64,000 bases of DNA from a virus: IMG/VR virus record IMGVR_UViG_3300035523_000117, positions 11,680 to 75,679 of that record; one strand, 5' to 3'. The number at the start of each line of letters is the position of its first letter. Position 1 is the first letter of the stretch. The position numbers and the translations under genes were made by a program. The notes beneath the pieces were generated by a model. It was not told where the DNA came from and did not search any database. It saw only the letters and a list, made by a program, of their open reading frames with translations. Below, one piece after another: positions 1-10,105 of this stretch.

Positions 1-1
1 C

Positions 2-598
2 GTGGTCGTCATCCTGGGCGACCCCTTCCCCCGCGAGGTGTGCTTCGCCGAGGGCAAGTACATGCCCTTCGACGAGAAGCTGAAGGCCGAGGGTTTCAAG
101 CCGTCGCTGCGGGTGGCCTTCAACGTGGCGCTCTTCGACACCAAGGAGGTCAAGGTGCTGGAGCAGGGCGTCGTCTTCTTCAAGGACCTGATGCAGGTCC
201 GCGAGAAGTACGGCCTGGAGAAGTGGGCCTTCGAGATCCGCCGCAACGGCGCGGCGAAGGACCCGAAGACCACCTACTCGATCCTCCCCGAGCACCAGCT
301 CTCCCCGGCGCAGCAGGCCGAGTTCAAGGCGCTGGCGCTCCACGACCTCGCCGCCGTGTACCAGGGCGGGGACGGCGCCAAGCCGGCGGCGGAGCCGATC
401 GACGACAAGACGGTGCAGTCGATCTCCGTGGTCCTCAAGTCGCTGCCGAAGCAGGCGGTCGAGCGCTTCTGCAAGAAGCTCGGCGTGACCCGCATCCGCG
501 AGATCCCCGCGGCGCAGATGCAGATGGCGATCGACGTGCTCGACGTCCTCGAGGCCGAGTTCAAGCCGAAGGCGGTCGAGGTCGACCCGTTCGCCTGA
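2..598 (+). CDS. 5'-truncated phage protein, possibly single-stranded DNA-binding protein
   Basis: ORF open at window edge, GC3-rich codons; IRRNG..KTTYSILP resembles phage SSB motifs; sits in a recombination module. Confidence 0.4.
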   Translation: MVVILGDPFPREVCFAEGKYMPFDEKLKAEGFKPSLRVAFNVALFDTKEVKVLEQGVVFFKDLMQVREKYGLEKWAFEIRRNGAAKDPKTTYSILPEHQLSPAQQAEFKALALHDLAAVYQGGDGAKPAAEPIDDKTVQSISVVLKSLPKQAVERFCKKLGVTRIREIPAAQMQMAIDVLDVLEAEFKPKAVEVDPFA

Positions 599-692
599 CC
601 GCTCGTCCCCGTGACCCCTCCCGCGCGCGCCGCGGGAGGGGCTGCGGCCCCCAGCAGCGCCAACCCTCACGCCCTCCGCGCCCGGAGTCGCC

Positions 693-959
693 ATGGCTTT
701 GCCCGAAATCGCCTGCGCGAAGTACGTGCCCGGAGAGGGACGGCGCTGCGTCCACTACGCCGACGGCCCGTGCCTGCGCCCCGACGAGTTCATGTGCGTC
801 GTGTGGCTGCGGGCCAACGGGTACGGGCGCGACCCGCTCGTCGCGGCGCGCGAGCACCTGACGCAGCTGCGCGCCACCTCGCCCCCGCCCGCTCCACCGC
901 AGCCCGCCTCCGTCCAGCTCGGCCTGTTCCCCCGCCTTCGTCCTCCGAGGAAGCCATGA
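693..959 (+). CDS. Small Cys-containing hypothetical protein
   Basis: 88 aa ORF whose stop overlaps the next ATG (ATGA at 956-959). Confidence 0.5.
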   Translation: MALPEIACAKYVPGEGRRCVHYADGPCLRPDEFMCVVWLRANGYGRDPLVAAREHLTQLRATSPPPAPPQPASVQLGLFPRLRPPRKP

Positions 960-2147
960 CGTTCAAGAACGAGTACCTCTCCGCCTCCCGCCTGAAGCGC
1001 TTCGCGCAGTGCCCGAAGAGCTTCGAGCTGCACTACATCCGCGGCGAGCCCGCGGTGTTCAACCCCGCGACCACCTTCGGCTCGGTCCTCCACGCGGCGC
1101 TCGAGCGCGTCTACCGGCTGATCGTCGAGCTGAAGCTCGTCGGCCGGTTCCCGGAGGACCGGCTCATCGCGTTCTTCGAGGAGGAGTGGGCGAAGGCCAG
1201 CCTCTTCGACTTCGCGAGCTTCCAGGAGGGCGTGAAGATCCTGCGGGACTACGCCTGCGAGCACGCCCTGGTCGACTACACGACCGTCCTCGGCATCGAG
1301 CAGGAGTTCCGGATCGAGGTCGACGGGTTCGAGGTGCGCGGGTTCATCGACCGCGCCGACCGACTCGACGACGAGACGGTCCTCATCACCGACTACAAGT
1401 CCAACCGGGCGATCTTCACCCGCGACGAGGTCGACCAGGACCTGCAGCTGTCGATCTACGCGATGGCCGCCCGCGTCCTGTGGCCCTGGGCCAAGAAGGT
1501 TCGTCTCGGGTTCTACCTGCTGCGCCACGGCTTCCGGATGGAGACCGCGCGCAGCGACGAGGACCTGGCCGCCGCCCGCCGCTACGTCGCCATGCTCGGC
1601 CGCGCCAGCGAGCAGGCCGGCGAGTACGAGGCGCGGCTCAACGAGAACTGCACCTGGTGCGACCACCGGGCGCAGTGGCCCCGTCTACCACCGGGCCCTG
1701 CTCGGGAAGGTCGAGAACCTCTGCCAAGACGAGAAGGACCTCGAGGCCGTGGCCCGCGAGCGTGAGGAGGTCGCCAAGCTCGCCAAGGCGCTCTACGCCC
1801 GCAAGGAGGCGCTGGAGCGGATCCTCAAGAAGCAGATCGAGAACGTCGGGGAGCTGAAGCTCGGCGGGATGGTCTACGGGCTCAGCAAGACCACCCAGGT
1901 CAGCTACCCCGCGGACGCCACCCTGCTGGTCCTCAACGAGGTGCTCGGCGCGTCGATGGAGGACCTCGCGCGGCGCCTGCTCGTCGTCGACAAGGCCGGT
2001 GTCGAGCGCCTGCTGAAGGAGGCCGCCAAGGACCTCCTCCCGGCCGACGTGAAGATGCTCAAGGCCCGCCTCGACGCTGTCGCCGAGAAGTCCTACTCGC
2101 CGCGCTTCGCCGCCCACGCCGAGCGCAAGACGGAGGTGTCGCCGTGA
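956..2147 (+). CDS. PD-(D/E)XK exonuclease (AddB/RecB/Cas4-like) with helical C-terminal extension; +1 frameshift near 1677
   Basis: LSASRL..QCP, G..LH, GFID..D, DYKS, QL.IY and C-terminal CxxC motifs; removing one G at cagtggccc joins the ORF to 1749-2147. Confidence 0.8.
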
Positions 2148-2776
2148 CCACGACCGCCATCGTTCTGAAGTGCCCGTTCAGCCCCGCCCCCGCCGTCGAG
2201 GCGCCGCCGACCCTGCGGCCAATCGTGTTCCTCGACCTCGAGACCACCGGGCTCGACCCGCAGCGCGATAGCATCATCGAGGTCGCGGCGATGCGGGTCG
2301 ACCCGACCAGCTTCGCGATCGAGGGCTGGTTCGAGACCAAGATCGCGGTCCCCGCGGGCGTGGACGTCGATCCGCGGGCGGCCGAGCTCAACGGCTTCCG
2401 CTCCGAGGACTGGCCCGACGCGCCGGAGCTCGCGGATGTGCTGGAGCTGCTGGCGCGGTTCCTCGAGGGCTGCCTCATCGCCGGGCACAACCCCGCCTTC
2501 GACTGGGCGTTCCTGTCGGCGGCGTTCCGCCGGCTCGGCGTGCGCCGGCCGAACGTCGGGCACCACCTGCTCGACACCGCGTCCCTCGCGTGGCCGCTGC
2601 TCCGCCTGGGCTTCGTGAGGTCGCTCGCGCTCCGGGACATCTGCGAGCACTACGGCATCTCGAACAGGGGCGAGCACCACGCCATGGCCGACGTCGTGCG
2701 GACCTACCGGGTCTTCCTGCGCCTGCTGCACGCCCCGGGGAACGCCGACGTCTTCGGTGGCCGGAGCGTGCAATGA
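2144..2776 (+). CDS. DEDDh 3'-5' exonuclease (DnaQ/Pol III epsilon-like)
   Basis: DLETTG, GHN..FD and H.A..D motifs. Confidence 0.9.
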   Translation: MTTTAIVLKCPFSPAPAVEAPPTLRPIVFLDLETTGLDPQRDSIIEVAAMRVDPTSFAIEGWFETKIAVPAGVDVDPRAAELNGFRSEDWPDAPELADVLELLARFLEGCLIAGHNPAFDWAFLSAAFRRLGVRRPNVGHHLLDTASLAWPLLRLGFVRSLALRDICEHYGISNRGEHHAMADVVRTYRVFLRLLHAPGNADVFGGRSVQ

Positions 2777-3111
2777 ACGGCGCCGGGTGCAGGCGGAAGG
2801 GGCACGACTTCGAGCGCGAGATGGCGCGCGTGCTCGGCGAGGTCTTCGGGCCCGAGAACTCGCGCCGCGGGATCCAGTACCGCAGCGGCGCCGAGGTCCC
2901 CGACGTCGAGGTGCCGGCCTTCTGGGTCGAGTGCAAGCGCGGGCGGCGGACGAACATCCGCGCCGCGCTCGCCCAGGCCCAGGAGGCGTGCCGGCAGCCG
3001 AAGTGGCTGCTCGCGGTCTGCAAGGACGACAACCAGCGCGCGGTCGCCGCGATGTACCTCGAGGACTTCCTCGACCTGCTGCGCGAGTGGTGGAGCGCGC
3101 GCCAGCGCTAG
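2773..3111 (+). CDS. Hjc-like/phage Holliday junction resolvase
   Basis: RKG..FERE, PD and VECK motifs; ATGA-coupled to upstream gene. Confidence 0.7.
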   Translation: MNGAGCRRKGHDFEREMARVLGEVFGPENSRRGIQYRSGAEVPDVEVPAFWVECKRGRRTNIRAALAQAQEACRQPKWLLAVCKDDNQRAVAAMYLEDFLDLLREWWSARQR

Positions 3112-3180
3112 CGCCCGGGACCACGAGCCCTCCGGTCGGCTGAGCAGGCGCCGGCCGGAGGCGATCACCAGGAGACAGCC

Positions 3181-4566
3181 ATGTCCGGGACGACCAGCCC
3201 CACGGGCTGCGCGAGAGGTGTGTGCCTCCGCCCCTACCAGCTGGATGCCATCGACCGCGTTCGCGCCCGGGTTCGAGCGGGGTCGCGTCGCGTCCTGCTC
3301 GTCCTGGCCACGGGCGGCGGAAAAACCCTGATCGCCAGCCACATCATCGCGAGCGCCGTCGCACGCGGCTCCCGCGTGCTCTTCCTCGCCCACCGCCGCG
3401 AGCTGGTGAACCAGGCCTACCGGAAGCTCCTCGATCAGGGGCTCCCCGAGGACCATGTCGGCGTACTCATGGCCTCGGACCCCCGGCGTCGGCCAGCGGC
3501 AGCCGTCCAGGTCGCGAGCATCGACACCCTCCGCAACCGCGCCAAGCCCCCCGCGGAGCTGGTCTTCGTCGACGAGGCCCACCGCGCATGCGCGAAGTCG
3601 TACCGGAGGATCGCGGCGGAGTACCCGGCCGCGGTCCACCTGGGGCTCACAGCGACTCCCTATCGCGCCGACGGGCAGGGCCTCAAAGACGCCTACGACG
3701 AACTGGTCGTGGTGGCCTCCCCCCGCGAGCTCATCGCCCAGGGCTTCCTCGTCGAGCCACGGGTCTTCACGGTCCCGACCGAGGCTCTGCCCGACCTGTC
3801 CGACGTCCGGGTGACGGGTGGCGACTATGACGAGGCGCAACTCGCCGACGCCGTGGACCGCCAGGCGCTCGTCGGGAACATCGTCGACCACTGGCTCCAG
3901 CACGCCTCCGGCCTGCGCACGGTGGTCTTCGCTGTGTCCATCGCGCACTCCCAGCACATCGCCGAGCGGTTCCGGCAGGCGGGCGTCGCGGCCGAGCACC
4001 TTGACGGAACGACGCCCCTCCCCGAGCGGGACGCAATCCTTGCTCGCCTCGAGGCGGGGACCACGCAGGTCGTCTCAAATTGCTCCTGCCTGGCGGAAGG
4101 CTGGGACCAGCCCTCGGTGAAGTGCGCGGTCCTGGCGCGCCCGACGAAGGCGCCCGGTCTCTACCTTCAGCAGGCCGGGCGCATCCTGCGGCCGTGGGAG
4201 GGCGTGCGCGCCATCATCCTCGACCACGGGGGCTGCGCCCTGGAGCACGGGCTGCCCCAGGACGATCGGGAGTTCTCGCTCGAGGGCGCCAAGAAGAAGC
4301 GGCTGAAGAAGGCGCTGGTGGTTCCGACCACCAAGCTCTGCCCCAGCTGCTTCGCGGTCCTGCCGCCGGGGACGAACCTCTGCCCCGAGTGCGGCGCCGA
4401 ACTCCCGGAGACCGCTGTTCCCCACGAGGCGGAAGGGCAGCTGGTCGAGGTCTCCGCCGCGCCGACCCAGATCACCGTCCACGGGGTGCAAACCGTCCTG
4501 CGCGAGGCACTGCGCCACGGCGGGACGCTCACCTGGGACCAGTTCGAGCGTCGAGCCCGGCCATGA
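3181..4566 (+). CDS. SF2 DEAH helicase with C-terminal zinc ribbon
   Basis: LATGGGKT, DEAH, TAT, EGWD, QQAGRILR, CPSC/CPEC. Confidence 0.9.
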   Translation: MSGTTSPTGCARGVCLRPYQLDAIDRVRARVRAGSRRVLLVLATGGGKTLIASHIIASAVARGSRVLFLAHRRELVNQAYRKLLDQGLPEDHVGVLMASDPRRRPAAAVQVASIDTLRNRAKPPAELVFVDEAHRACAKSYRRIAAEYPAAVHLGLTATPYRADGQGLKDAYDELVVVASPRELIAQGFLVEPRVFTVPTEALPDLSDVRVTGGDYDEAQLADAVDRQALVGNIVDHWLQHASGLRTVVFAVSIAHSQHIAERFRQAGVAAEHLDGTTPLPERDAILARLEAGTTQVVSNCSCLAEGWDQPSVKCAVLARPTKAPGLYLQQAGRILRPWEGVRAIILDHGGCALEHGLPQDDREFSLEGAKKKRLKKALVVPTTKLCPSCFAVLPPGTNLCPECGAELPETAVPHEAEGQLVEVSAAPTQITVHGVQTVLREALRHGGTLTWDQFERRARP

Positions 4567-7500
4567 CGCTCGTCGCCGTCGCGCCCAACAAGTTTGCGAA
4601 GGGCTTCGACGGCACTGGCCGGAAGGTCCCGCTTGCCTACGAGGTGCTCGATCTCCACACCGCGCTGACGAAGGTCTACTCGACCGACGCCCACCTGGTC
4701 GCCTACGTGGTCGAGGGCGCGGTCCGCCAGCACCGGATCAAGAAGACAGGGCTTCCTCACTTCGAGGGACAGGTGGAGGTCGGCGTCTTCTTCTGCGACG
4801 TCGACAACCCCCAGCACAGCAACTGGAATCGCGAGCTGCTCGACGCGGCCCTCGCGCAGTACGACTCGCTCGGGGTGCTCCAGACCGCGGGCATCTACCA
4901 CACCGAGCACGGCCGCCGGATCGTCCAGCCCATCGAGCAGCCCATCCCCGCGCGGGAGGTCGAGCCGTACCTGAAGCGCTGGCTGCTCCAGCTCGAGCGG
5001 GCGGGCATCCCCGTCGACTGGGCCTGCCGCGATTGGACTCGGCACTTCCGGCTCCCGAACGTCCGCAGAGATGGCTTCCCCTACCGCAGCCCCCTCATGC
5101 GCTTGGAGCGGATGCGGCCGATCTCGCTGGAGCCCATCGCCCTCCCTGCGCCCGTCCCGTCTGGCGGGCCCGCCACGGTGCCCAGGCCCATCGCCCCGGT
5201 CGACTGGAGCACGGAGCTGCCCGAGGCCTGGCGGCCCCGGATCCCGCCCATCGCGGAGGCGGTGCGGCGCGTCTCCAGCGAGTGGCACACCCTCTTCATG
5301 GCCCTGGCGGGCGCGCTCCTCTCGCGCCGGGTGCCCCACGAGCACGTGCCGGCCATCTGCCGGGCAGTCTCGCTCGCCACCGGAGCAGACACCCGGACCG
5401 AGGACCGCGAGGCGGGTGCGCGCACGACCGTGGAGCGGCACCTCGCGGGCGTGCCCATCACGGGCTATGGCTACCTCGCCTCCAACTGGCCGACCGTCGC
5501 CTACGCCCTGGATGCGGCTCTGGCCACTGGGAACGAGGCCCGCCTGCGCGCCCAGGCTGCCGCGCCGCCTGCGACCCAGCCCCGCACGCTCCAGGAGACG
5601 ACCGCTGCGTTGGAGGACGCGATTCGCCGCGCGCCTGACGGCCTGACGCTCATCAGCGCCGAGTGCGGCCTTGGGAAGACCGCGGCAGCGGTCCGCGTGG
5701 CGGCTGAGCGTGCTGCCAAGCCCTACGCCACGAAGGACGCCAAGGGAGAGCGGGCGCCGCCCCAGTCCAAGACAGCCATCTCCGTGGACAAGAACGCCCT
5801 GGCGATGCAGATCGCCGGCGACCTCGCAGCCGCTGGCACCAAGGTGCGGCGCGTCTTCGGTCCGCTCTCGCTCATGAACCCGGACGGTACGCGCGTCTGC
5901 CGCTACTACGAGGTGGCGCAGCCGCTGGTCGAGGGCGGCCAAGCGATGCAGTGGGAGCTCTGCCGCGGGCGGGACAAAGACCCGTGCGAGCACTGCAAGA
6001 CCTGCCCGGCGAAGGACGGCGCCGAGGGCCCCGACGACGCTCGCGTCACGGTCGGCCCCCACGCGCTCATCAACCAGCTCGACGCCGCCGCGGGCTCCAC
6101 CGGGCTGCTGGTCATCGATGAGCCGCAGGCGCTCCTCGAGACGGTCATGCTCAAGCTCGAGGACATCGACACCGCTCGGCGGGAGCTGGGCGCTTTCGAC
6201 GCTCGGTTTGAGGCGGCGATGCGCCCGGCGCTCACGGCCATCCGCGAGTGGGTCGGCTCGCTGGGCACGCCCGAGGAGGTAACAAACATCCCAGACGCGC
6301 TCCGCGCCTGCGCCCACGTCATCGACCCCACCGTCCTCGACCAGGCCTGCATCGCGACGAGCACCAACGGCGACGCCGTCGACTGCGTCAGGGCTGCCAA
6401 CACGCCAGAGCGCGAGGGCCGACCGCCCCCCTCTCCTCCATACCGAGGTCCAGGGAGCCCGCCGGGACGTCGACCGAGCAAGGGAGCTCGGCACCGCCTC
6501 CAAGGTGCTCGGTTGCGTATATCGAGCGGCGACAACGAAGGTGGAGGCAGCCGCCCGCATCGAGGAGACGGTGACGTTCGGGCGGGTGCTCTTGCTCACC
6601 TTCGCCCGCGAGCGCCTCTCCGATGCCCTCAAGCGTGAGGGCGCCGTGGTGGTCACCGACGCCAATGCGGACCTGCACCTGCCCCTGATGGCCAAGGTCG
6701 TCGGCTACACGCCCCCGCTGCACCAGTTCGCCGCGGTGGACGGCGCGCCCATCGCCAGGACCCTCCTGCGCTGCGGAACGGCCACGCGCAAGGGTTGGCT
6801 CCGCGGAGGCAAGCTCGTGCTCGACGGCAGCCTTGTCACTGCGGTGCGTGCCGCGTTGGAGTGGGCGCGCGAGGACGCCAATGCCCGGAAGATCGGGCTG
6901 ATCACCATGCACGTGGTCGAGCTGGCCATCGCGGCTGCTCTTCGACCCAAGGACGAGACAGTCGAGAAGGCCTGGAAGAGCGCGGGCCAGTCGCAGGAGG
7001 CGCTCGACCAGGCCCGCTCGCTGCTCGGCCCGCTTCTGCGTGGGTGGCCAGGCGAGATCCGCCTCGCTCACTACGGCGCGGTCCGCGGACTCAACGACAT
7101 GGCGGACGTCGACTGCCTGATCACCCTCGGCGACCCCTGGCCCAACCTCGGCGAGGTCCGCAACGACGTGGCCTTCCTGAAGCTCGAGGAGAGCTGGGAG
7201 AAGCGGCTGGAGGCCCTCTGCCGCGCCGAGTTGCAGCAGGCGCACGGACGCCTCAGGACCGTCCACCGCACGCGCCCAGGTCGAGCCCTGCACATCGGCA
7301 ACGTTTTGCCCGGCGGAACGGGCTGGTCCGGAGCCGTCGAGGTCCGCAGGCTCGACGGCGGTAGGCCGCAGACCCACTCGACGACTGACCCGGCCGAGGT
7401 GCAGGCGCTGGTCGAGGCAGCAGGCGGGACGTCGAGCGCCGCCGACCAGGTGGGCTGCTCGATGCGCAGCCTCCAGCTCTACCAAGCGGGTCGGCGGCGA

Positions 7501-7578
7501 ATGCCGCCTGCGCTGGAGCAGCGCCTTCGAGGCCTCGTCAGTCGCGCTCAGGATCGCGCTTGCCCGACGCATCATTAA
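4563..7578 (+). CDS. Large replication protein: AEP-like primase + SF2-like helicase with Cys cluster + C-terminal HTH; +1 frameshift near 6430
   Basis: CDVD, HT.HG, D.TRHFRLP primase-like motifs; ECGLGKT, IDEP, QQAHGRLR; colinear with intact paralog 56164-59196 after removing one C from a C6 run. Confidence 0.75.
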
Positions 7579-7584
7579 TAGGCG

Positions 7585-7636
7585 GCGAACGAAACCCCTT
7601 TAAAGAGAAGAATAGTATTAAAGGGGTTTCGTTCGC
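7585..7636. repeat. Perfect 19-bp inverted repeat with 14-nt AT-rich loop (origin candidate)
   Basis: GCGAACGAAACCCCTTTAA (7585-7603) / TTAAAGGGGTTTCGTTCGC (7618-7636), 6 nt after the primase-helicase stop. Confidence 0.95.
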
Positions 7637-7879
7637 TCCGATATACCCTCTGCGCCAACACGAACTTCCGAACGGTCGCGGTTAACAATTAGAGAGCGAA
7701 TGCCGTCGCAAATGACGGCGTTGGCTACCGCCGGGAATGCCACCACGTCGCCGCATTTGGCTCGTGGCGCGTTTTCGGGCCTTCAGCGCCCCAATCCCGC
7801 CATCGCCGCCCGTGGCGGCCCGTAATGCGGCCCTGGCGACGGGCTCGCCCGCGCACTTCCAAATAAATCGACATGCCCT

Positions 7880-7910
7880 TGTCCGGTTTCGGCTCAAAAC
7901 ACCGCGTTCT
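7880..7910 (+). promoter_or_regulatory. Putative ECF-like promoter TGTCCGG-N16-CGCGTTCT
   Basis: Same motif and upstream AAATCGAC as copies at 54721-55004; 33 nt before the GGAGG-preceded ATG at 7944. Confidence 0.6.
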
Positions 7911-7943
7911 TCTAATAGGGGCAATTCTCGTCCGGAGGTCGCA

Positions 7944-8528
7944 ATGAAGCTCGAGGCCACCGCAGCCAACCAGCCTGCCGCGTTCCCGCAATGGCTTCAG
8001 CGAGTCGAAGAAGACCTGGAGTGGTTCTGGAACTGGGCCGAGGGCGAGCTCGACGCGCCGTCCAACTACTCGGCCATGATCAACGCCATCCGCGTAGGAC
8101 CGACCAAGGGCGGCGGACAGGTCCCCGATGGCATCGACAACGGGCGTCTGGCTGCGGCTACCAGGGTCCGGCTTATCACCCGCGCTCTCGAGCGCGTCGC
8201 CCCGCTCCACCAGCGCGTGCTCCACGCAGCCTTTGGCCCCTCCGCCCACGAGCTCCCGCTGCTCGGCAAGGCCGCACCCGTCGCCCCGCTGACCACCGCC
8301 GCGCAGGCGGCCCACCGGGACTCGCACACGACCCGCACCATCGAGGAGTACCTGGTCCGCCTAACGCACCGCGCCTCCAACCGCCTCGGCGCTCACGTCG
8401 AGGAGGACCGGGCAACGGCACGCGCCATCACCGCCGAGGCCAACCAGATGCTCACCAGCGCGATGAGGGCGTTCGCGGACGCCCACGCCGTCGCCCGCAG
8501 CACTCGGGCCGTTCAACGGCAAGGGTGA
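7944..8528 (+). CDS. Conserved hypothetical protein (possible late-gene regulator), paralog of 61826-62479
   Basis: GGAGG RBS; DL.WFWNWAEGEL..PSNY.AM.NAIR shared with the paralog. Confidence 0.75.
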   Translation: MKLEATAANQPAAFPQWLQRVEEDLEWFWNWAEGELDAPSNYSAMINAIRVGPTKGGGQVPDGIDNGRLAAATRVRLITRALERVAPLHQRVLHAAFGPSAHELPLLGKAAPVAPLTTAAQAAHRDSHTTRTIEEYLVRLTHRASNRLGAHVEEDRATARAITAEANQMLTSAMRAFADAHAVARSTRAVQRQG

Positions 8529-8609
8529 ATTGGGCCGTCGATATCGGCGCGGGCATTTGTAAGAGCACTTACGCACTGGAATTCCCCAGAAATATCAGGC
8601 CGGGAGCCC

Positions 8610-8645
8610 TCGCCAGACTGCGCCCCTGCCTGTGCGCGCCGAAAA
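8610..8645 (+). other. Conserved 36-bp noncoding motif, candidate packaging (cos/pac) signal
   Basis: 32/36 identical to 62498-62533; both lie upstream of terS-terL. Confidence 0.5.
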
Positions 8646-8772
8646 TTTCGCGCGAGTTACTTACGCGTAGCGCCGGGAATTCTCCGAATTAGGCAGTCGT
8701 CGCGCTCGGATGCGGGAAATCGACCATTGGTAAGTCGCAGGTAAGTCCCAATTACTTAATCGGAGCCGGGCA

Positions 8773-10101
8773 ATGAGCCGAGCCAAGCCGTCGGAGAAGA
8801 CCAGCCGCGACACCCGCCTTGAGTGGATGCCCATCGGCACGCTCCAGTCGGCGACGCGCAACCCGAAGCAACACAGCCCCGAGATCGGGACCAGCATCGG
8901 GCGCTTCGGCTACGTCGAGCCCATCGTCCTCGACGAACGGACCGGCCGCATCGTCGCGGGCCACGGGCGGCGGGAGGCGTTGCTCGCCATGCGAGCGCGC
9001 GGCGAGGCCCCGCCCGCGGGCATCCGCGCCGAGGGCGACGAGTGGCTGGTCCCGGTGCTTCGGGGCTGGGCTTCGCGGTCAGACGCAGAGGCGGAGGCGT
9101 ACCTGCTCGCGAGCAACAAGCTGACCGAGGCCGGCGGCTGGGACAACGAGGCCCTGGCGGAGCTGCTCAAGGACCTGGGCGACCAGGGCGCGCTCGACGG
9201 CGTCGGCTTCACGCAGGACGAGGTGGACGCGCTTCTCGGTGGGCTCGACGGGGCGAACGGCGGCACGGAGGGGCTGACCGACCCCGACGACGTGCCGGAC
9301 GAGGCCTCGGCGGCGGACGTGTACGTGAAGCCCGGGGACATCTGGAGCCTGGGGAAGCACCGCATCCTCTGCGGGGACTCGACGGACCCGGCCAACGTCC
9401 GCTGCGTCATGGCGGGCGAGCGAGCGTCGCTCATGGCGACCGACCCGCCCTACCTCGTGGACTACGACGGCACGAATCATCCGCAGGGCTACAAGGCGAA
9501 GGAGACCTCGACCGACCCGAACAAGCAGTGGGACGAGTACACGGATCCCGAGTCGGCCGTCTCGTTCTTCCAGCGGTTCCTCGAGGCCGCGATCGCGGAG
9601 GCGCTCACCGAGCGCCCGTTCGTCTACCAGTGGTTCGCCTCGATGCGCGCCGACCTGGTGCTTGCCGCCTGGCGCAACGCGGGGCTGCTGCCCCACCAGC
9701 AGCTGATCTGGAAGAAGAGCCGGATCGTCCTGACCCGCTGCGACTTCCTCTGGGACTACGAGCCGTGCATGTACGGCTGGATCAAGGGCAAGCGTCCGCC
9801 GACGGAACTGGCGCCGCCCAACACCGCTCGAACCGTCTGGGAGATCGACTCGAGGATCGAGGACGGGGCGAAGAACATCCACCCGACGATGAAGCCGGTT
9901 GAGGTCGTAAAGCGGCCCATCGAGTACCACACGAAGCCGGGCCAGCTGATCTTCGAGCCGTTCTCGGGTTCGGGGACGGCGATCATCGCCGCCGAGATGA
10001 CCGGCCGCTGCTGCCGAGCCATCGAGCTCTCGCCCACGTTCGTCCAGGTCGCGATCGAGCGCTGGCAGACCTTCACCGGGCAGAAGGCCGCCCGCGCCTG
10101 A
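8773..10101 (+). CDS. ParB-like domain + beta-class amino (N6-A/N4-C) DNA methyltransferase
   Basis: N-terminal NP..H...GRIVAGHGR; DPPY precedes FEPFSGSGT. Confidence 0.9.
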   Translation: MSRAKPSEKTSRDTRLEWMPIGTLQSATRNPKQHSPEIGTSIGRFGYVEPIVLDERTGRIVAGHGRREALLAMRARGEAPPAGIRAEGDEWLVPVLRGWASRSDAEAEAYLLASNKLTEAGGWDNEALAELLKDLGDQGALDGVGFTQDEVDALLGGLDGANGGTEGLTDPDDVPDEASAADVYVKPGDIWSLGKHRILCGDSTDPANVRCVMAGERASLMATDPPYLVDYDGTNHPQGYKAKETSTDPNKQWDEYTDPESAVSFFQRFLEAAIAEALTERPFVYQWFASMRADLVLAAWRNAGLLPHQQLIWKKSRIVLTRCDFLWDYEPCMYGWIKGKRPPTELAPPNTARTVWEIDSRIEDGAKNIHPTMKPVEVVKRPIEYHTKPGQLIFEPFSGSGTAIIAAEMTGRCCRAIELSPTFVQVAIERWQTFTGQKAARA

Positions 10102-10105
10102 GCCC

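Noticed and set aside
956-2147. Cas4 / CRISPR-associated locus
   Set aside because: The Cas4-like motifs belong to the wider PD-(D/E)XK family; no cas genes or repeat-spacer array in the window.
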